A DNA stretch of 59,831 bases, counting the filler, from Dugesia japonica (lineage: Eukaryota), in assembly GCA_001938525.1 (NCBI GenBank). It is 6 parts of 6 records of this genome, joined end to end, with 100 filler letters (N's around TTAATTAATTAA, not from the genome) between each part and the next. Parts side by side here need not be neighbours in the genome. Positions count along the whole stretch, not along the records: positions 30,067 to 38,844 come from MQRL01497679.1; positions 38,945 to 49,824 come from MQRL01602530.1; positions 49,925 to 59,831 come from MQRL01604656.1; 3 more parts are not named here. One strand, 5' to 3'. The stretch's first letter is position 1, and each line of letters opens with the position of its first letter. Made by a program: the position numbers and the translations under genes. The notes under the pieces are model-generated. The model was not told where the DNA came from, made no database searches, and saw only the letters and a list, made by a program, of their open reading frames with translations. This document shows, in pieces, positions 38,533 through 52,300 of this stretch.

Positions 38533-41229
38533 CTATAATGATAGTTATTAAATTTTATACCTGGATAGTGCCTATTTGTTGCAACGATTTCCAACTTGAA
38601 TGTGCTTGCTCCGATGAATGCTCTGTACCTTTAACAACAATTTTTTTCATCCCCAACCATACGCTTTTACCTCAGTATTTATCTTTGTATCCCCTTATTT
38701 CGGTTTCAGTTCATATTTTATTTTAGCCATACCCTGGAGAAAATTTCATCGTTACTTCCCCACCCGGGTTTATTCAAATTCGACGTCTTCGTCGTAGCCC
38801 TTGAATCTTATTAATTGCATTTTATCTTTGAACAGCTATGTGCGNNNNNNNNNNNNNNNNNNNNNNNNNNNNNNNNNNNNNNNNNNNNTTAATTAATTAA
38901 NNNNNNNNNNNNNNNNNNNNNNNNNNNNNNNNNNNNNNNNNNNNTCAATTTATTTTAAATTTTTGTTAAAATGTCTTTTATTTAAATAAAATGATCTAAA
39001 ATTTTTGTTTTGTTTTTTATATTTTTAAACAAAAATATACTAAAATTCTATTTAGTTCCCAAAACCTTTTCAAAAGTAATTTAAACTAATGCCAAGGGTC
39101 AGGAAAAATTTATAAATGTAAGATGAACAGAGAAGGGCTAAAGATAAGGAGAGATAAAAACATCTCCAGAAAATGTGATGTGAATACATACTACAATCTT
39201 GAATTGTGAAAATAAATGATTAAAATAAAATCAATAAGCTGATGATCTCGTCAAGAAGAGCGCATATTTCTAAGATTAAGTAGCAGTAACAATTAAAAAA
39301 CAAAATGAGTAAAACAGAAAACAATTAAAAAAACTAAACTACATCAGAAAAGATAGGTAATTAAATTATCAAGTCAAACGAAAATAGTAAAGCAGATAGA
39401 ATACGTATACCCAAATATTTCAAGCAAAACTCGGTTAACTGGTAAATCGAACACGAAAGTATTGGGTTTTGAAGAAACTTCTACCATATTTATTCATTAA
39501 AATGAAAAAACAAAGTTAAAACATTGAAATTTTAATTTAATGTCATAAATATTTTCTATTTTGTCCCTTGTCTTCAGCGTTGTGATAATATTAATATGCC
39601 ATTCTCATAAAAAATTTGGTTTCCCTGGGAAGATGCCCAAGAAATTTTTGACATCCTCTAAGGAATAAAATTGTTGAATATCAGAAGGTAGATAATGCAG
39701 CACTGAACAGTTGACCGCACTCCCAGCCCCGTGGTCAGTCACCTCTGACTGACCGACTTATCTGAATTCAATTAACTTATTTTTACTTGACCGATTTAAC
39801 TTATTTTTGATTGCTGTTTTACTATTTTTGACTGCTTTTGTTTTTTTCATATTTCAGGTCATTTAGCGANATCTTATATTTATGAAACCACTCTTTGATT
39901 TTTTTTATCAAATACTATTTCAGTTAGTGAGTATCTGGTAGTTTGCTAAACATAATGAATTAGTATGCAGATAGGTGCGCTTTGTACCAAACCCTTCCTC
40001 CGGGGTTATAAAAATATTTTCGGTTTACTGTTTGACCTAGCAGATTTCCGGAAAACTTTTTTACTGACTAACTTTGTATGTGTGTATGATTTGCTATCGA
40101 CCAATCGGATTTATGGAAAGAACGTCCTAACCGTGTTTAAGTGTAGGTTTTTAATTGAGAAATGAATTATTGTTTCTCGCGTAAATATAAGTGTGTGTTG
40201 ATTAACTGGTTATTTAGCTCCTTACAAATCGCATCTGGCTTGTAATATTAACATANNNNNNNNNNNNNNNNNNNTAAGTATAAGTAAATGAAAAACTATC
40301 CAATCATAATGCAAAAAAATTAAGTGTGCTCTGAGCTTTATTATTAGGTATCGTACAAGGGACCTTTGTTCTTGAAAATTTGAGTGCTATACTGAAAAAA
40401 TTATTCTGAACCATTTGAAGAAATTATTTGTTTAAAGATTTGAAATTTAAATTAAATATTTATTCATATCTCTTTAATTTTTAGGCGCGTAATTTAAATA
40501 AATTTTGTTTTATTGCATCAATACTATTTATGTTGTACTGAGATTTTATTTTGAGCGTTGTAATTTATGTTTGGGTTGTTCTAAAGGGCGTTATGTTAAT
40601 GATATCAATAAAATTGTGGATGCAGTTTGAAGAAGTTTGATAATTGTTGAATAAGGAGGGTGGGCATCAAAAATAAATTGACGTCATTAAATTTTTTACA
40701 ATAAATTTAATAAATCAGAATATAATTAGGTGCATTGTGCAGGGTAATTAGCCTGCTGACAACCTACTATTTAATTCGTTAACTGATTAAGTTCTTACCA
40801 ACGATAGTGTAATGTTACCTTCCGCGCATGCGTCAGAAATTAAACAATAGTTTTTTAATAATTTTTTATTTCAAAGTTTTCTAGCGTTTAAGAGATTTGT
40901 ATAAAATAATATGAATTTGTGTGTAGGGTAAACATTTGTTGACATAATTTCATAATTTTAAAACCGAGAGTTTGACAGTTGTTGACAAATGGGAGTAATG
41001 GTTAAAAATTGCCTGAACATTGTTAACATAATCAATGAATAATTAATTTATAGTGTTGTAAATTTCATTTTAATTGAAAAAGTGTTCCTATTTTTATTTT
41101 TATTAACAAAATTAAAAGGATAATTTTAAATAACAAGATTTATTANTGAAACAAACTATAATAAATTTAAATAAAATCTACTTTTAGTATATCCAACAAA
41201 ATCCAGATTTTATCTTCTTTTGTTCGTAC

Positions 41230-44200
41230 AACATCAACTAAAATAAAAGTCACTTTATTAAAACAATTTTCTCTCCTAATATTTTCGATATCCTTATTTT
41301 TCTTTTATCATTTTAAACAATTTTGAGATTCTATTACCATAATTTTTTAAAATTTTACTTTCATCGACCATTTATGAATGATTTGACGCTAATTACATGA
41401 TCAGCATTCTTTTTTAGGTATATTCATTGCGACACAACTCTATTTCCCGATATTTGATTTACATGTTCAAACGTTTCAATAAAAATCTACCACTCTTGAA
41501 ATCATGTTGCTACAATTATTTTGTATTTATTATATTGTGACTTCATTAAATTTCCATGTTTATTTAATGGAAAATTACACAATTGTTTATACTATTTAAA
41601 CAAGTATTAATCACCGTAACTCTCTCGTTTTTCGAAATGCTTTCCACTTATTTAGCCATTCTATTCTTTTGTACTTTGCACCGCAAGAAAATTTGATTTC
41701 TACTTGCTGATATGCTATGAATTTCATTATCTGATATAGAAAATTTTTCTTTTTTTCTTTATGTGTTTCTATCCACTCGTCCGCTTTGAAAATTCTCTGT
41801 CCACGTTTTTACTTTCAAAATTTACTATTTTATTAGCTGCTCCATTTAAATTTTGTTTAACTGTCTCTAGAATAACTGTTTTGTTTTCAGAAATGGTTTT
41901 TGCCTTTGCATGCAAATTTATATGCCTTTCAACTACAATCTCAAATGGTGAGAATTTTATCGACTCTTAAACAGTAGCGTTTATACTGACCTCAATTCTT
42001 GAAAGCAATGCATCCAGTTTTTTTGCAGCAATTTCATTTAAATGACGCTGTGATCATATTTCTTATGGTCCAGCTTATTCTTTCTACCAGCCCATTGAAT
42101 TTATGTTGATAAGAGGAACTGAACTCTTGCTGGATCCATATGCTATCATCACATCTTCACTATCTTCCGTTCTTTGGCTTAACAATGCACCAATGGTTCC
42201 AAAACTTCCATCAGTATTTAGGATAAATATTCTGCGAGTATATTTGAAAAGCGAGTTGAAATTTTTGTGTGGTTGGTGATCATTTTTTTAAAAATCTTAT
42301 GTGTATATTGTTAAATTTTAAATTACGTTTTAAAATAATGAAGTAAAAATTGTTTTGAGTTTGAGTGGAAAATTTAAATAACCTTAAATAAATTTTTAAA
42401 AAAACTTGAAAAGCAATCACCAATTAAAACATGGATTTAATTTGTTTGAATAAAGAAATAGTGTTGGTTATAGTTTTTTTGTGTATAAAGTTTGCTATGG
42501 AATCGAGTTCTGATATTAATGATCAGATGAGTTCTCCAAACTCATCTAACACATTCTATTTTCTCTTGGGTAATCTAGAGTTATTGAATTACGTAATTTA
42601 TTCTTTTAAGTTTTCAAAACTTGTTCAACATGCTTCTGTCCACATCAAGGTTTTGTCACATCCTGATAAAGCTTCCTACAAAAGCGCTGCAATATTTGCG
42701 TCATCTATGATAAAACGTCTGTAGTTATTTGTTAAGCCAAGAAAAGTTCTGAGTTTAAATGAGCATTTTGGTTCTTCAGCATTTTTTATTTCCTGAATAT
42801 TAGTTTCATTTGTTTTTATTCCTTCTGCACATACCGTATGTCCCAAAATTATCAGTTGTTTTTGTTAAAATTTAAATTTTCTGGATTTATCCTCAATCCT
42901 GGTTTTATTATTCTATTAAAAACTTCTTTCAAAATTTTATTATAATTTTCGGCCGTCTTTTCATACACTAATATATCATCTAGAGACATAATAACACCTT
43001 TAAAAATTAACCCTACCATCATATCATGCATCAATTTTTGAAACGTTGTTAGTGTCATTTATAATCTGAATGAGATCTGATTGAACTTAAATTGATCTTC
43101 TTTTGTACTAAACTAAAGAAGGGTGTTTGTCAAAAGTTTCAGGTGAAATATCATCAATCGATAACATCCAAGGTTTATTAAGTTTCTTTTCCAGTTTACT
43201 ACGCTTTTGTGGACTTTGATCTAGTTATCATCTCACAAATATGATTGATCTCATTACCTAGTTGAATACCATGCTTACTTTTCCTTAAATTGCTCTAGTA
43301 CTCACCGGTACTTCTTCAATTTCCAGTTCAACATTTGCAATATGCGCTTCATCAATTTTCCAATTAGCCAAAAAAACACTCACAGTTTCACTAGTTAGAT
43401 CCGAATTTCGAAGATATCGAGGATGAATCACAGTTGTTGATGCACCTGTAATACAGGTCCTGTATCTTGAAATATTTTAACAGAACAATTATGAATCTTA
43501 CCATTGAATATGTATTTATCCTGAACTTTGGTTTTAGGCAAAATAGCCACATTGACTACTGATTTAGTGGAATACTTTGCCACATGTTCTTGAACTACAC
43601 ACGTATAATTATATTTTATTAGTTTCTTAAAATCTGATCTTTGAAGATTTGAACTGATTGTATTATTAGAATGTCTTTCAAAATCATTGGCTGCGTCAAA
43701 TCTATCCGCGGCCTTTGTCGTTTCTTCAATATTCTGATGTTCTATTTCTTCGATTTTGTGTCTTAAAATACGAACAATATTTCTTTAAAATTGTTTTTCC
43801 AATATAGTATATTTTTTTNCTTTTTTTCTTTAATTGGTTCAACATTGTTTGCATTTCTATATTGGAACCATCTTGCTAATTTTGCTTTTAATGTGTGTAG
43901 CCATTCTACATGATTTTCTGACTCAAGCTTACGTATATGATTGAAATGTTTTTCGGTATTGTTCTAAATTCAAGGTAAATCTATTTAATATCGCATTTTT
44001 ATAATATCGTAATTTTTGAACCATTCTATGGTAATCTTAAAAAGACTTCTCTGTCTTTATCCGTAAGGAGGGGTTGTAGGAATATACTCTATTCGTGATA
44101 TTTGATTCCTTAAGTAGTAGTCCATTTGTTAAAATGATCTAAGCAGATCTCAATTTTATCACCTTCGACATATTTCTGAAAGGCAATCGGTTTAAGCAAT

Positions 44201-44470
44201 GCTTTCGACATGTTACATTGAAGATTTCGGGTTAGTCTTGCTTCCTCTATTACTAATCTTTTTTCTTCAAACTCTAATTTCCTTTTCTCTAATTCATTTT
44301 GCCTTCTGTGCTCATCCAGTTCGTTTTGCCTTCTACTTTAATCATATTCATCTTGTCTTCTACGCTCATCGAGTTCTTTTGTCTTTTCTTTGTTTTTGTC
44401 GTATTCTATCCTCTCGTTCTTCTTGACGCTTCTTTTCTTCAACTTTTACTTCCAATTATTTTAATTCGAT
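41230..44470 (-). mobile_element. Third Ty3/Gypsy remnant (gag-RT-RH-IN scraps)
   Basis: TFQKLM...SLDDILVY...GLRINPE (RT), LRTFLGLTNYYRRFI, FILNTDGSFGTIGALLSQ (RNase H) and NGLVER (integrase). Confidence 0.8.
42258..42551 (+). repeat. About 290-bp dispersed repeat (possible solo LTR), second copy at about 56910-57243
   Basis: Shared aaatttttgtgtggttggtgatc...atttaatttgtt...ttctgat.tta..gat..gatgagtt.tccaaactc. Confidence 0.6.
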
Positions 44471-44552
44471 ATCAAATTGATTTGCTCGTTATGCTATTAT
44501 GACAATTACCAACTAAATGTAATTGAAAATCCAAATTTAAAAATTTATTTTG

Positions 44553-45215
44553 CTATAAAGAAAACAAATTTAAATTAATTATCTCAAGAAGTAAATCAAT
44601 TTTCACTCCCGCAATAATTTGACACAAAAAATTCTTTCTTCTCTGTCTCACAAGTAAAGATGTGTCAATACTTAATTGATTACTGATCGTATTGTAACTA
44701 TAATAATGGGGGACCCATTTTTGTTCTATTTGAATTTTTCCTAGGGCATGTAACCTTTTGAAAATTGTTGATTTGTTGGTATTCAGTTCCCTAGACAATT
44801 GCTTCTTTATTAGAGTAGGATTATTGTTCAAAAAAATCTTACAAAAAGGTATCTTCAAACGTTTTAGGCTGACACGTTCTCTCTTTGGCACCCTAGTCGG
44901 AATCTCCTGATTTAAATCATTTGAATCAGAATTTAAAGTTGGAGGACAACAGAGCTTCATCACCATGAGTTTCCACAAGCATTTTATGTGAGTCAACTGT
45001 TGATTTGCCCATATCAAATAAAAACATTAACGCGTGTCGAAAATAAATTTTTTAACGATTCATTTAGTTCGCATTTTAAACTAAAACTCAAATTAGATAT
45101 GCAGATATGTATTATAAAATAAAATATATCAATAATTTGAATTTTTTTTCCGATTAGAATAAATTTATTTGCTTATTTTGATAATTCTCCAGAATTAATG
45201 CAACCACATAATATA
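44553..45215 (-). mobile_element. Mariner remnant
   Basis: QLSRELNTNKSTIFKRLHALGKIQIEQKWVPH...FLCQIIAG (HTH plus WVPHEL linker). Confidence 0.8.
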
Positions 45216-45964
45216 TCTAGCGAATTACTTGATTGAATAGATTGGGATACGATATCATAAGATTTCATTAAATTTGATATTACTCTAATTTATTCACGTC
45301 ATGACGAATTATAATCCTCCAAATCTAGTTTTTCTTTGGCAGACATTTTAATATAACATATATTTTATCATATACTTCACATTTTAATGCTTTTACAACG
45401 CAATCTAATAAATCGATTTAACGAAATACTATTTTTATCTCTTATTTTCGTTTATAACGTTTAATAATATTCTTATATATTTCATTTTAATCTCTTATTT
45501 ATCAATCATTAGCAACAGACATTTTTCGAAGGATTAATATAACTTTCAATTTTAAATTAATTACTCACGTATTAATAATATACAACTATAACTGACCAAG
45601 CAAGCAGTGTAGACAGGGCACCGTGCCAACCTAATCAGTGATTTCGGATTAAGCATCAGGAAATTTAGTAGCAAGAAAACAGAAAATCAACTATCTCATA
45701 TTGTCCCACTAATAATAATAATAAAAGATAGTTTTTATTTCCAATATATTAAAATTTCAAGTAACTCATTTATAGTTTGATATGATATAAAGTTGTCAAT
45801 GAAATAACTGCACTTCTGTTTCTGTTATATAAATTTCTTCATGAAGAATGTCTAAAATATTAAAGAAATTCAAAAATATAAAATTATTTTGTTTTGTAAA
45901 ATAACAAATAATTATTGATCTAAAGTAAACATTTACCTAAATAATATTAATAAACAATGTGCGA

Positions 45965-47412
45965 AGTAGGTATATAGTAAAGCACTGGGTCACTCTCCGC
46001 CGCCGTCAAGGTCAAAGTGGCCAGATAACTCTAATTTGATTGGTTGAAATTTTCTTTTCAAAGTTAAAATGGCTCAGTATACTCGATTCTGTTTTGCTGA
46101 ACCATTTTCAGGTTAAATTTTCAAGGTCAAAATAGTTCGATATACTCAATTCTGATTTGTGTAATATTCCAAGGTCGAATGAATGTAGGTCAAGGTTAAA
46201 TGAAACTAGGTCAAGGTTATTTCCATGGCAACTATCATCCATGCAGACTTCATATTAAAACATTTTTTTGTTTATCTTTTATTTCTGATTTTTTTTCCAG
46301 GTGATCGAAATTTTTTTTCCAAGGTCATAGAAATTTTTTCTATGTTCTTCAAGGTCATGAGTAGCACCATCAGATAGAGAATTAAAAAGTAAGACAGGAA
46401 TGTGTGATGAACTTGCATCGTAAAGTACTTCCTTCCCCATTAAAAAATGTTGTGGTTTGGTTCAATATGCATGTGTCTGTGAGTACATATATGTATTAGT
46501 TCATTGTGCATGTACTGGTACATTACAATATAATTAAAATCTATTATAAAATCGATAATATTTAATATGATTACATAAACCATATAAAACACTATAAGAA
46601 CATATTAAACCACATACTGACCAAATAAAACCCCCAATAAAAACCTAATTAAACTTAACAAAATCACATAAAATAATAGGTTTTAATCGTATTAATCACA
46701 ATCAACCAATGCATATATGCACTCACAGACACATGCATATTGGACCATATAACCACAAAATGAACCAATACATACATAATGAACAATACACGCACATCAA
46801 ACCATAAATCAAACTATTGCATAGAAGTCCCCCCAAAAAAATAAAAAAAATTTCTTTGTTCAACTTTGTATTTTTAGAGTCTAAATTTTATCGAAACAAT
46901 AAACTTTTTTATAATATTAGTTAATGTAATATATAGATAGTTTTTAATTCTTTATCAAATTGTACAAGAAAAAAATTTTTTAAAAATTTAAAATGGCGGC
47001 ATTTATCCTCTTTTTAAAATTTCTTTGTTTAATAACATTTTACAATTACATCACTGTAATTAAAACTGTTTCACATACTAATTTGTCAGTCATGTAATTG
47101 CGTATCTTTCAAAATCATGTTTCAACTTGACTCTATCCTGAAGAAACTAAATTCCTTTATTTCCATTTTTCGGCCGAAAGAAAGTATTTTAGGATACGAG
47201 TTCATGAGACATTCCTATCTGAATTTTTAATTTTACATCTAACCATAAATTTTCATCCAAATCGGTAATCACCATGGGAAGGGTTCAGTGTTAACTGGTT
47301 CAGTGCTGAAATACCTTGACAAGAAAACTTCAACCAATCCGATTAGAGTATTCTGGCCAATTTGACCTTGACGGCGGGGGGGAGTGGCAAAGTGCGCTAC
47401 TATCTACCTACT
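45965..47412. mobile_element. 1448-bp non-coding Polinton-type element, about 100-bp TIRs, perfect 6-bp TSD GTGCGA
   Basis: GTGCGA|AGTAGGTATATAGTAAAGCAC...GTGCGCTACTATCTACCTACT|GTGCGA. TIR core GCCGTCAAGGTCAAA.TGGCCAGA..ACTCTAAT..GATTGGTTGAA. No ORF in the track. Confidence 0.92.
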
Positions 47413-47559
47413 GTGCGAAATTAAAAAAAGATTATATTATAATAATAAATATTTCATATAAATTGATACTTCTTTTATGATAACAGAGTAACACTAAACT
47501 TGCAGAAATTAATCTATTAGGTCTACTAATAAATAATCTAGATTTTTCATATAACTTCA

Positions 47560-48030
47560 AAATTTAAAAATATGTGACAAATTTTTCAAAAAAGTTATGA
47601 TAAATTTATGCAGGAAGCTTATGAATATCATCTCGAAAGAAATATGGCTGTTTGACGCGGTAAAGCTGTCAAGCCATTTTCAGATGGCATCCATCGATTG
47701 AAAGTTTGTATCGCACTGTATCAATTGGAACAAATGATATTCAGTTAGGGAAACATCTGGTAAATATGCTGGGTCCTTCCAGATTTCTCAGTCAAGTTTC
47801 ATTCTGGTTTCTTTTGTCTTTGAAGCAATATGTGGCCTAGCGTTGCCATGCAATAATTTCAAAGGAAGTTTTTCCTTTCCACTAAACAGGCATTTCATCT
47901 CCAAATGTTGACTTAATCGAATTAATTGGTCTTGGTAGTTATCGACAATATGGTTTCACCAGGTTCTAATAGCTCATAATATAAAACGCCTTCAATATCC
48001 CATCAGATGAAGAGCATTAATTTTTTGTCG
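47560..48030 (-). mobile_element. Mariner transposase remnant (catalytic domain)
   Basis: WDIEGVLYYELLEPGETI, LLHGNARPH and PAYLPDV...YHLF motifs. Confidence 0.8.
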
Positions 48031-48452
48031 ATGGTGTGCCGCCGCACTGAAGTTTTTTGGTTATTCATTTCCTAAATTACTGGTAACCTGGAAGATGGAT
48101 AGGGATGGACAACCAAAATCAATGGACATAACCGTTCTAGATTTTTATCTTTGGAATTATGTAAAAGATCGCGTGTGTTCAAGTAAGATAAAAAATTTGG
48201 AACATTTGAAAACTAGGATCACGGATATCATTGCAACAGTCACTCAAGAAATGCTGCAAAACACCTAGGCTGAAATTGAATACAGGATCGACATGCTATG
48301 CATAACAAAGGGCTCCAATTTTGAATTTTATTGATAATGATTACGAATTTTGAACTTTCTGCAACATTGTCATGCAATTAAATTATGTAATTTGCTCCTA
48401 AAATAAATTTTATGGATTTTGATTTTTGTACGATTCTTTTCTGGGTGCCATA
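48029..48452 (+). mobile_element. Tc1/mariner-superfamily transposase 3' remnant
   Basis: DGVPPH...RWIG...PKSMDITVLDFYLWNYVKDRV...LKTRITDII...GSNFE. Confidence 0.8.
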
Positions 48453-49011
48453 AGTAAGTATTTACAGGGTGTTAGTTAAACATAGGGCAAAAATTTAAGG
48501 AATTATTTCTTGCCTTTTTTTATGAATAATTATAATTACATTTTCCGAATTTACCCCCTGTCATTCAATTAAAATATTCCCATATCGATGTTTTATCTGT
48601 GGTTATTTAAAGAAAATGGTTTGCTTTTTAAAAATAAACAAAAATGTAATATGTGAGTGTGGGTTCTGCACTTTTTTTAAAGAGAAACGTTATTATCTTT
48701 AATTGTTTTATTAAGATTTTTTGATTTAGTTATCCTTTGTTCGGCTTGTGATATATTTATATCTTTTGATTCAATATATTACACCATATTGCACACCACG
48801 TGATGTGGATGATATCAGTATATTAAATGATCCAAAAGAACATTCGAAGACAGTAGGAATTGACAAGATCTTACGACTCTCAGAATCAGGAATGGCCAAT
48901 CTCACAGTATTAGATTGTTGTAAAATAATATATATAAACAAAGAAAAATTTGTATGTGGCCAAAATAGGTTATGGACAATAGAATTTTTTTCCCAGAGTA
49001 CTTCTTTCTCA

Positions 49012-49249
49012 CAGTGATTAAAAATATAGGTATAATTAAACGGTAATTATAAAATATAATCCATGAGTATTAAGTAATGTGTAGGATAATATTTTTTAAA
49101 CTATAAAGCTTTAATGCAGATGTTGGAATTTAACTAACATCCCCCTATAAAGTTTCAATTCTAAATAAATATTGTCCTACACATTACTTAATAATCATAG
49201 GTTATATTTTACAATTACCGTTTAATTATACATATTTTTTTACTCACTG
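49012..49249. mobile_element. Foldback MITE (Tc1-like CAGTG...CACTG ends)
   Basis: Arms of at least 75 bp: tataattaaacggtaatt.taaaatataa...tattaagtaatgtgtagga and its reverse complement; TA on the right flank. Confidence 0.75.
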
Positions 49250-49374
49250 TAAAAAACACTGTGGGGAATTTTCGTCATAATTATAAATACAAATTAAAAA
49301 TTTGTGGTTTATATAAATAAGAAACGAGCACTATATAGTGTCTAACTAAAACTAATAATTAATTTTCTATCTAC

Positions 49375-52300
49375 CTTCAATGACCTCTGCTTAGTTTTTG
49401 ATTTAAAATTATCGATCTAGATTTTATATATATAAAATTATTTCTAGAGAGAATATTGGGTAATAGAATTTACCTCTGATTCATTTGATGTTAAAGATGA
49501 GCAAATATTATTTTTTTCATCCCTGATAAACAAGTACTTTTTGGAACAAGAGTTAGGAAGTTTCCTAATTTGTTTCATTTTAAATACTGGTTTCTGTAAA
49601 AATCTAAAATTTTAAAATATAATGCTATTCAAAATGCTTGGCTTTACCTTTCTTCTTGATTTTCGGAAAACTTTTCAGCTACAAGAAATAATTACAATTA
49701 TATTAAAAATGTTTCATAAGAAGTAATTAATTTTATAAATAGTAATTATGCAACATACAACTTTAATAATTATTTATAATAAGTATTGTGAGATTTGACT
49801 AATAATATAATATTTCATATTGACNNNNNNNNNNNNNNNNNNNNNNNNNNNNNNNNNNNNNNNNNNNNTTAATTAATTAANNNNNNNNNNNNNNNNNNNN
49901 NNNNNNNNNNNNNNNNNNNNNNNNTCTATTTTTGCATTATTTCTAATAATAAAATAAGTGTTTATAATATATTTTCCATAAAATCATCACGAATGAAAGA
50001 AAAAATTAAATAATCAATTTGAAACAATTGGAAAAGTAAGAAAGAATATTTTCATAAAATATGTTTACTAGAGATTATTGTCAACAAATAGTAGACCATA
50101 AATCCAAGTGTGCTGATAATATCCTCATCTTCATTAGTGAATCTTAACGATGATCGAGATAAACAAATTTCTGGTGGATCTTGAATATCATTTCCAATTG
50201 TAAAATCAATAATTTCTGTCTCTTCGGCTTGTATTTCTACAAGGGCTGACGCATCTTCTTCATTGTCGAATTTTTTCTTAGCATTTTCTTTGGAATTCCC
50301 AATACGGTTTTGTTTATCTCTTAATGAACCACATGATTTATCTTCAATTAAATTGATTTCTGGTCCATTATGTACTATACTACCCTCAATTATCGATTCC
50401 TTTTCACATGCACCGACATTAGGCACTGATTTAAATTCGGTATTTATTTCTTCATCATCTATAATTACACTATGTTGACTTGGAGATTTCGATTTATCCT
50501 TATTTGAATCTGATTTCAATTTATTCGAAATAAAATTCTCTTTGTTTGAATCGGTTTTTGAATTACTTGACTCGGAATTTTCTTTACAGGAGTCCGAACT
50601 TTCTTTGTTAGAATCCGTCTTTGCTTTACTTGGTTCTGAATATTCTTTATTCGAGTCTAAGTTTTCTTTGTTAGAATCTGTCTTTGCTTTACTTAATTCC
50701 AAATTTTCTTTTTTAGAGTCCAATAATTGTCCATTAAAATCCGATTGTTCTATATTTCGATCCGAGATTTCTTTATTTGACTCGGATTTTTCGTTTAAAT
50801 TGAGATCTTTCATTTCTTCGTATTGGATATTTATCGAAGCCAATGCTTCGTCTAATTTAGCACTTAACGTGTTCATTTGACTATTAAAGCTCAACACTTT
50901 CTCAACATATACCATATCTTCATCTCTTGAATTCGTTTCTACAATACAATTTCTTTCATATAAATCTTTTTCAGATTCTGCATCACATTTCTCAAAAATT
51001 AGAGATTCCGATTTTGAATTTTTATCTGGCACTTGATCAGATAGATCTGATTCGCTTTTAGAAATAATCGGTGAGTTGGTAATCGATGGAGGTGGTGAAA
51101 CCTTGACGAAAGGATGGGATAGATCTAAATCAGACGGACGCTTATAAATGTCATCAACAGAGAATGATGCTTTTTTACTCATTTTTTTAGAATCAATGTC
51201 TTTTAATATCGACTCAGAACGACTGAAAGCGTTAATTGGAGCTGGAATCAATTCATTAATAGGACATTCATAATTTTCCAATTTTCCAGAAGCATCATTA
51301 TCCCAAATTTTTTCTTCTTCAATTTGTTCATCAATTGAAATTTCTTGGTTGTTTTTAATTATCGCCAAAGACGAAACATTCATATATGTACTTTCTTGGT
51401 TATTATCAGAAAATCTTTCTTTATTATCAGCTTGAGAATTTGAAAATCTTTGATTTTTACCGAAAGCAACAGAAATCTGTGGAGATGATGAAATTGGTTC
51501 GGTTTTTTTATCAGTTTTCGATGTTCCATTTTGTGAGATTTCTGTTGATAAATCGGAAGTTTGACTTGTTGAACTTTTAAGAGAATTTTTAACTTTGATA
51601 AAAAGATATAATAAAACATTTGGATTTTTAAAGATTATATTTAATTTCCCATCGGGTTTTACTGCATCTTTCAATAAATATAAATTTGTTGAATAAAAAT
51701 TTCCATTGATAATGTCTTGTGGAGTATCTTCTGGGTCTGCAGCATCGATAAATATTTTCAACCAATAAATCACATTTAGCATCATTTGATAATAAACTCT
51801 AGGATTTAAACCATCTCGTCGATAATTTTCTAAATAGTTTTCACTTAAATTATTTTCATCAAATATTGTAGATAAAGCTCCTAAGTTTTCTATCACCCAA
51901 TAATCAACAATAGCTAATAACTGTCGAATGATTTCGTCATCTTTTAAAATCTCATTAATTAATAATAAATCTTCTTCAGTTAAATCGGTCTTTAAATGTT
52001 CTTTAAAATCCAAATTGATTTTCAAACGATTTAATATATTTTGTATTAAATCAACAATTTCCTGAGTAATTTCAATTCTCGAAATAACAGCAAACACATT
52101 TTCCGGATATTTGAATAATTGTTTTAATAGCTCATTATCAATTTCTTTTGAAAATTTCAAATATTCTTCAAATGCAACAAATATTTCAGAGGTTTTATAA
52201 AATTCTAATTGTTCTGCTTCAGCATTTGAAACCCATAAGTTATTATCAAACAACCATTTTTTCACATTTTCAATATCTTCCTTTAATGAATTTATTGTCA

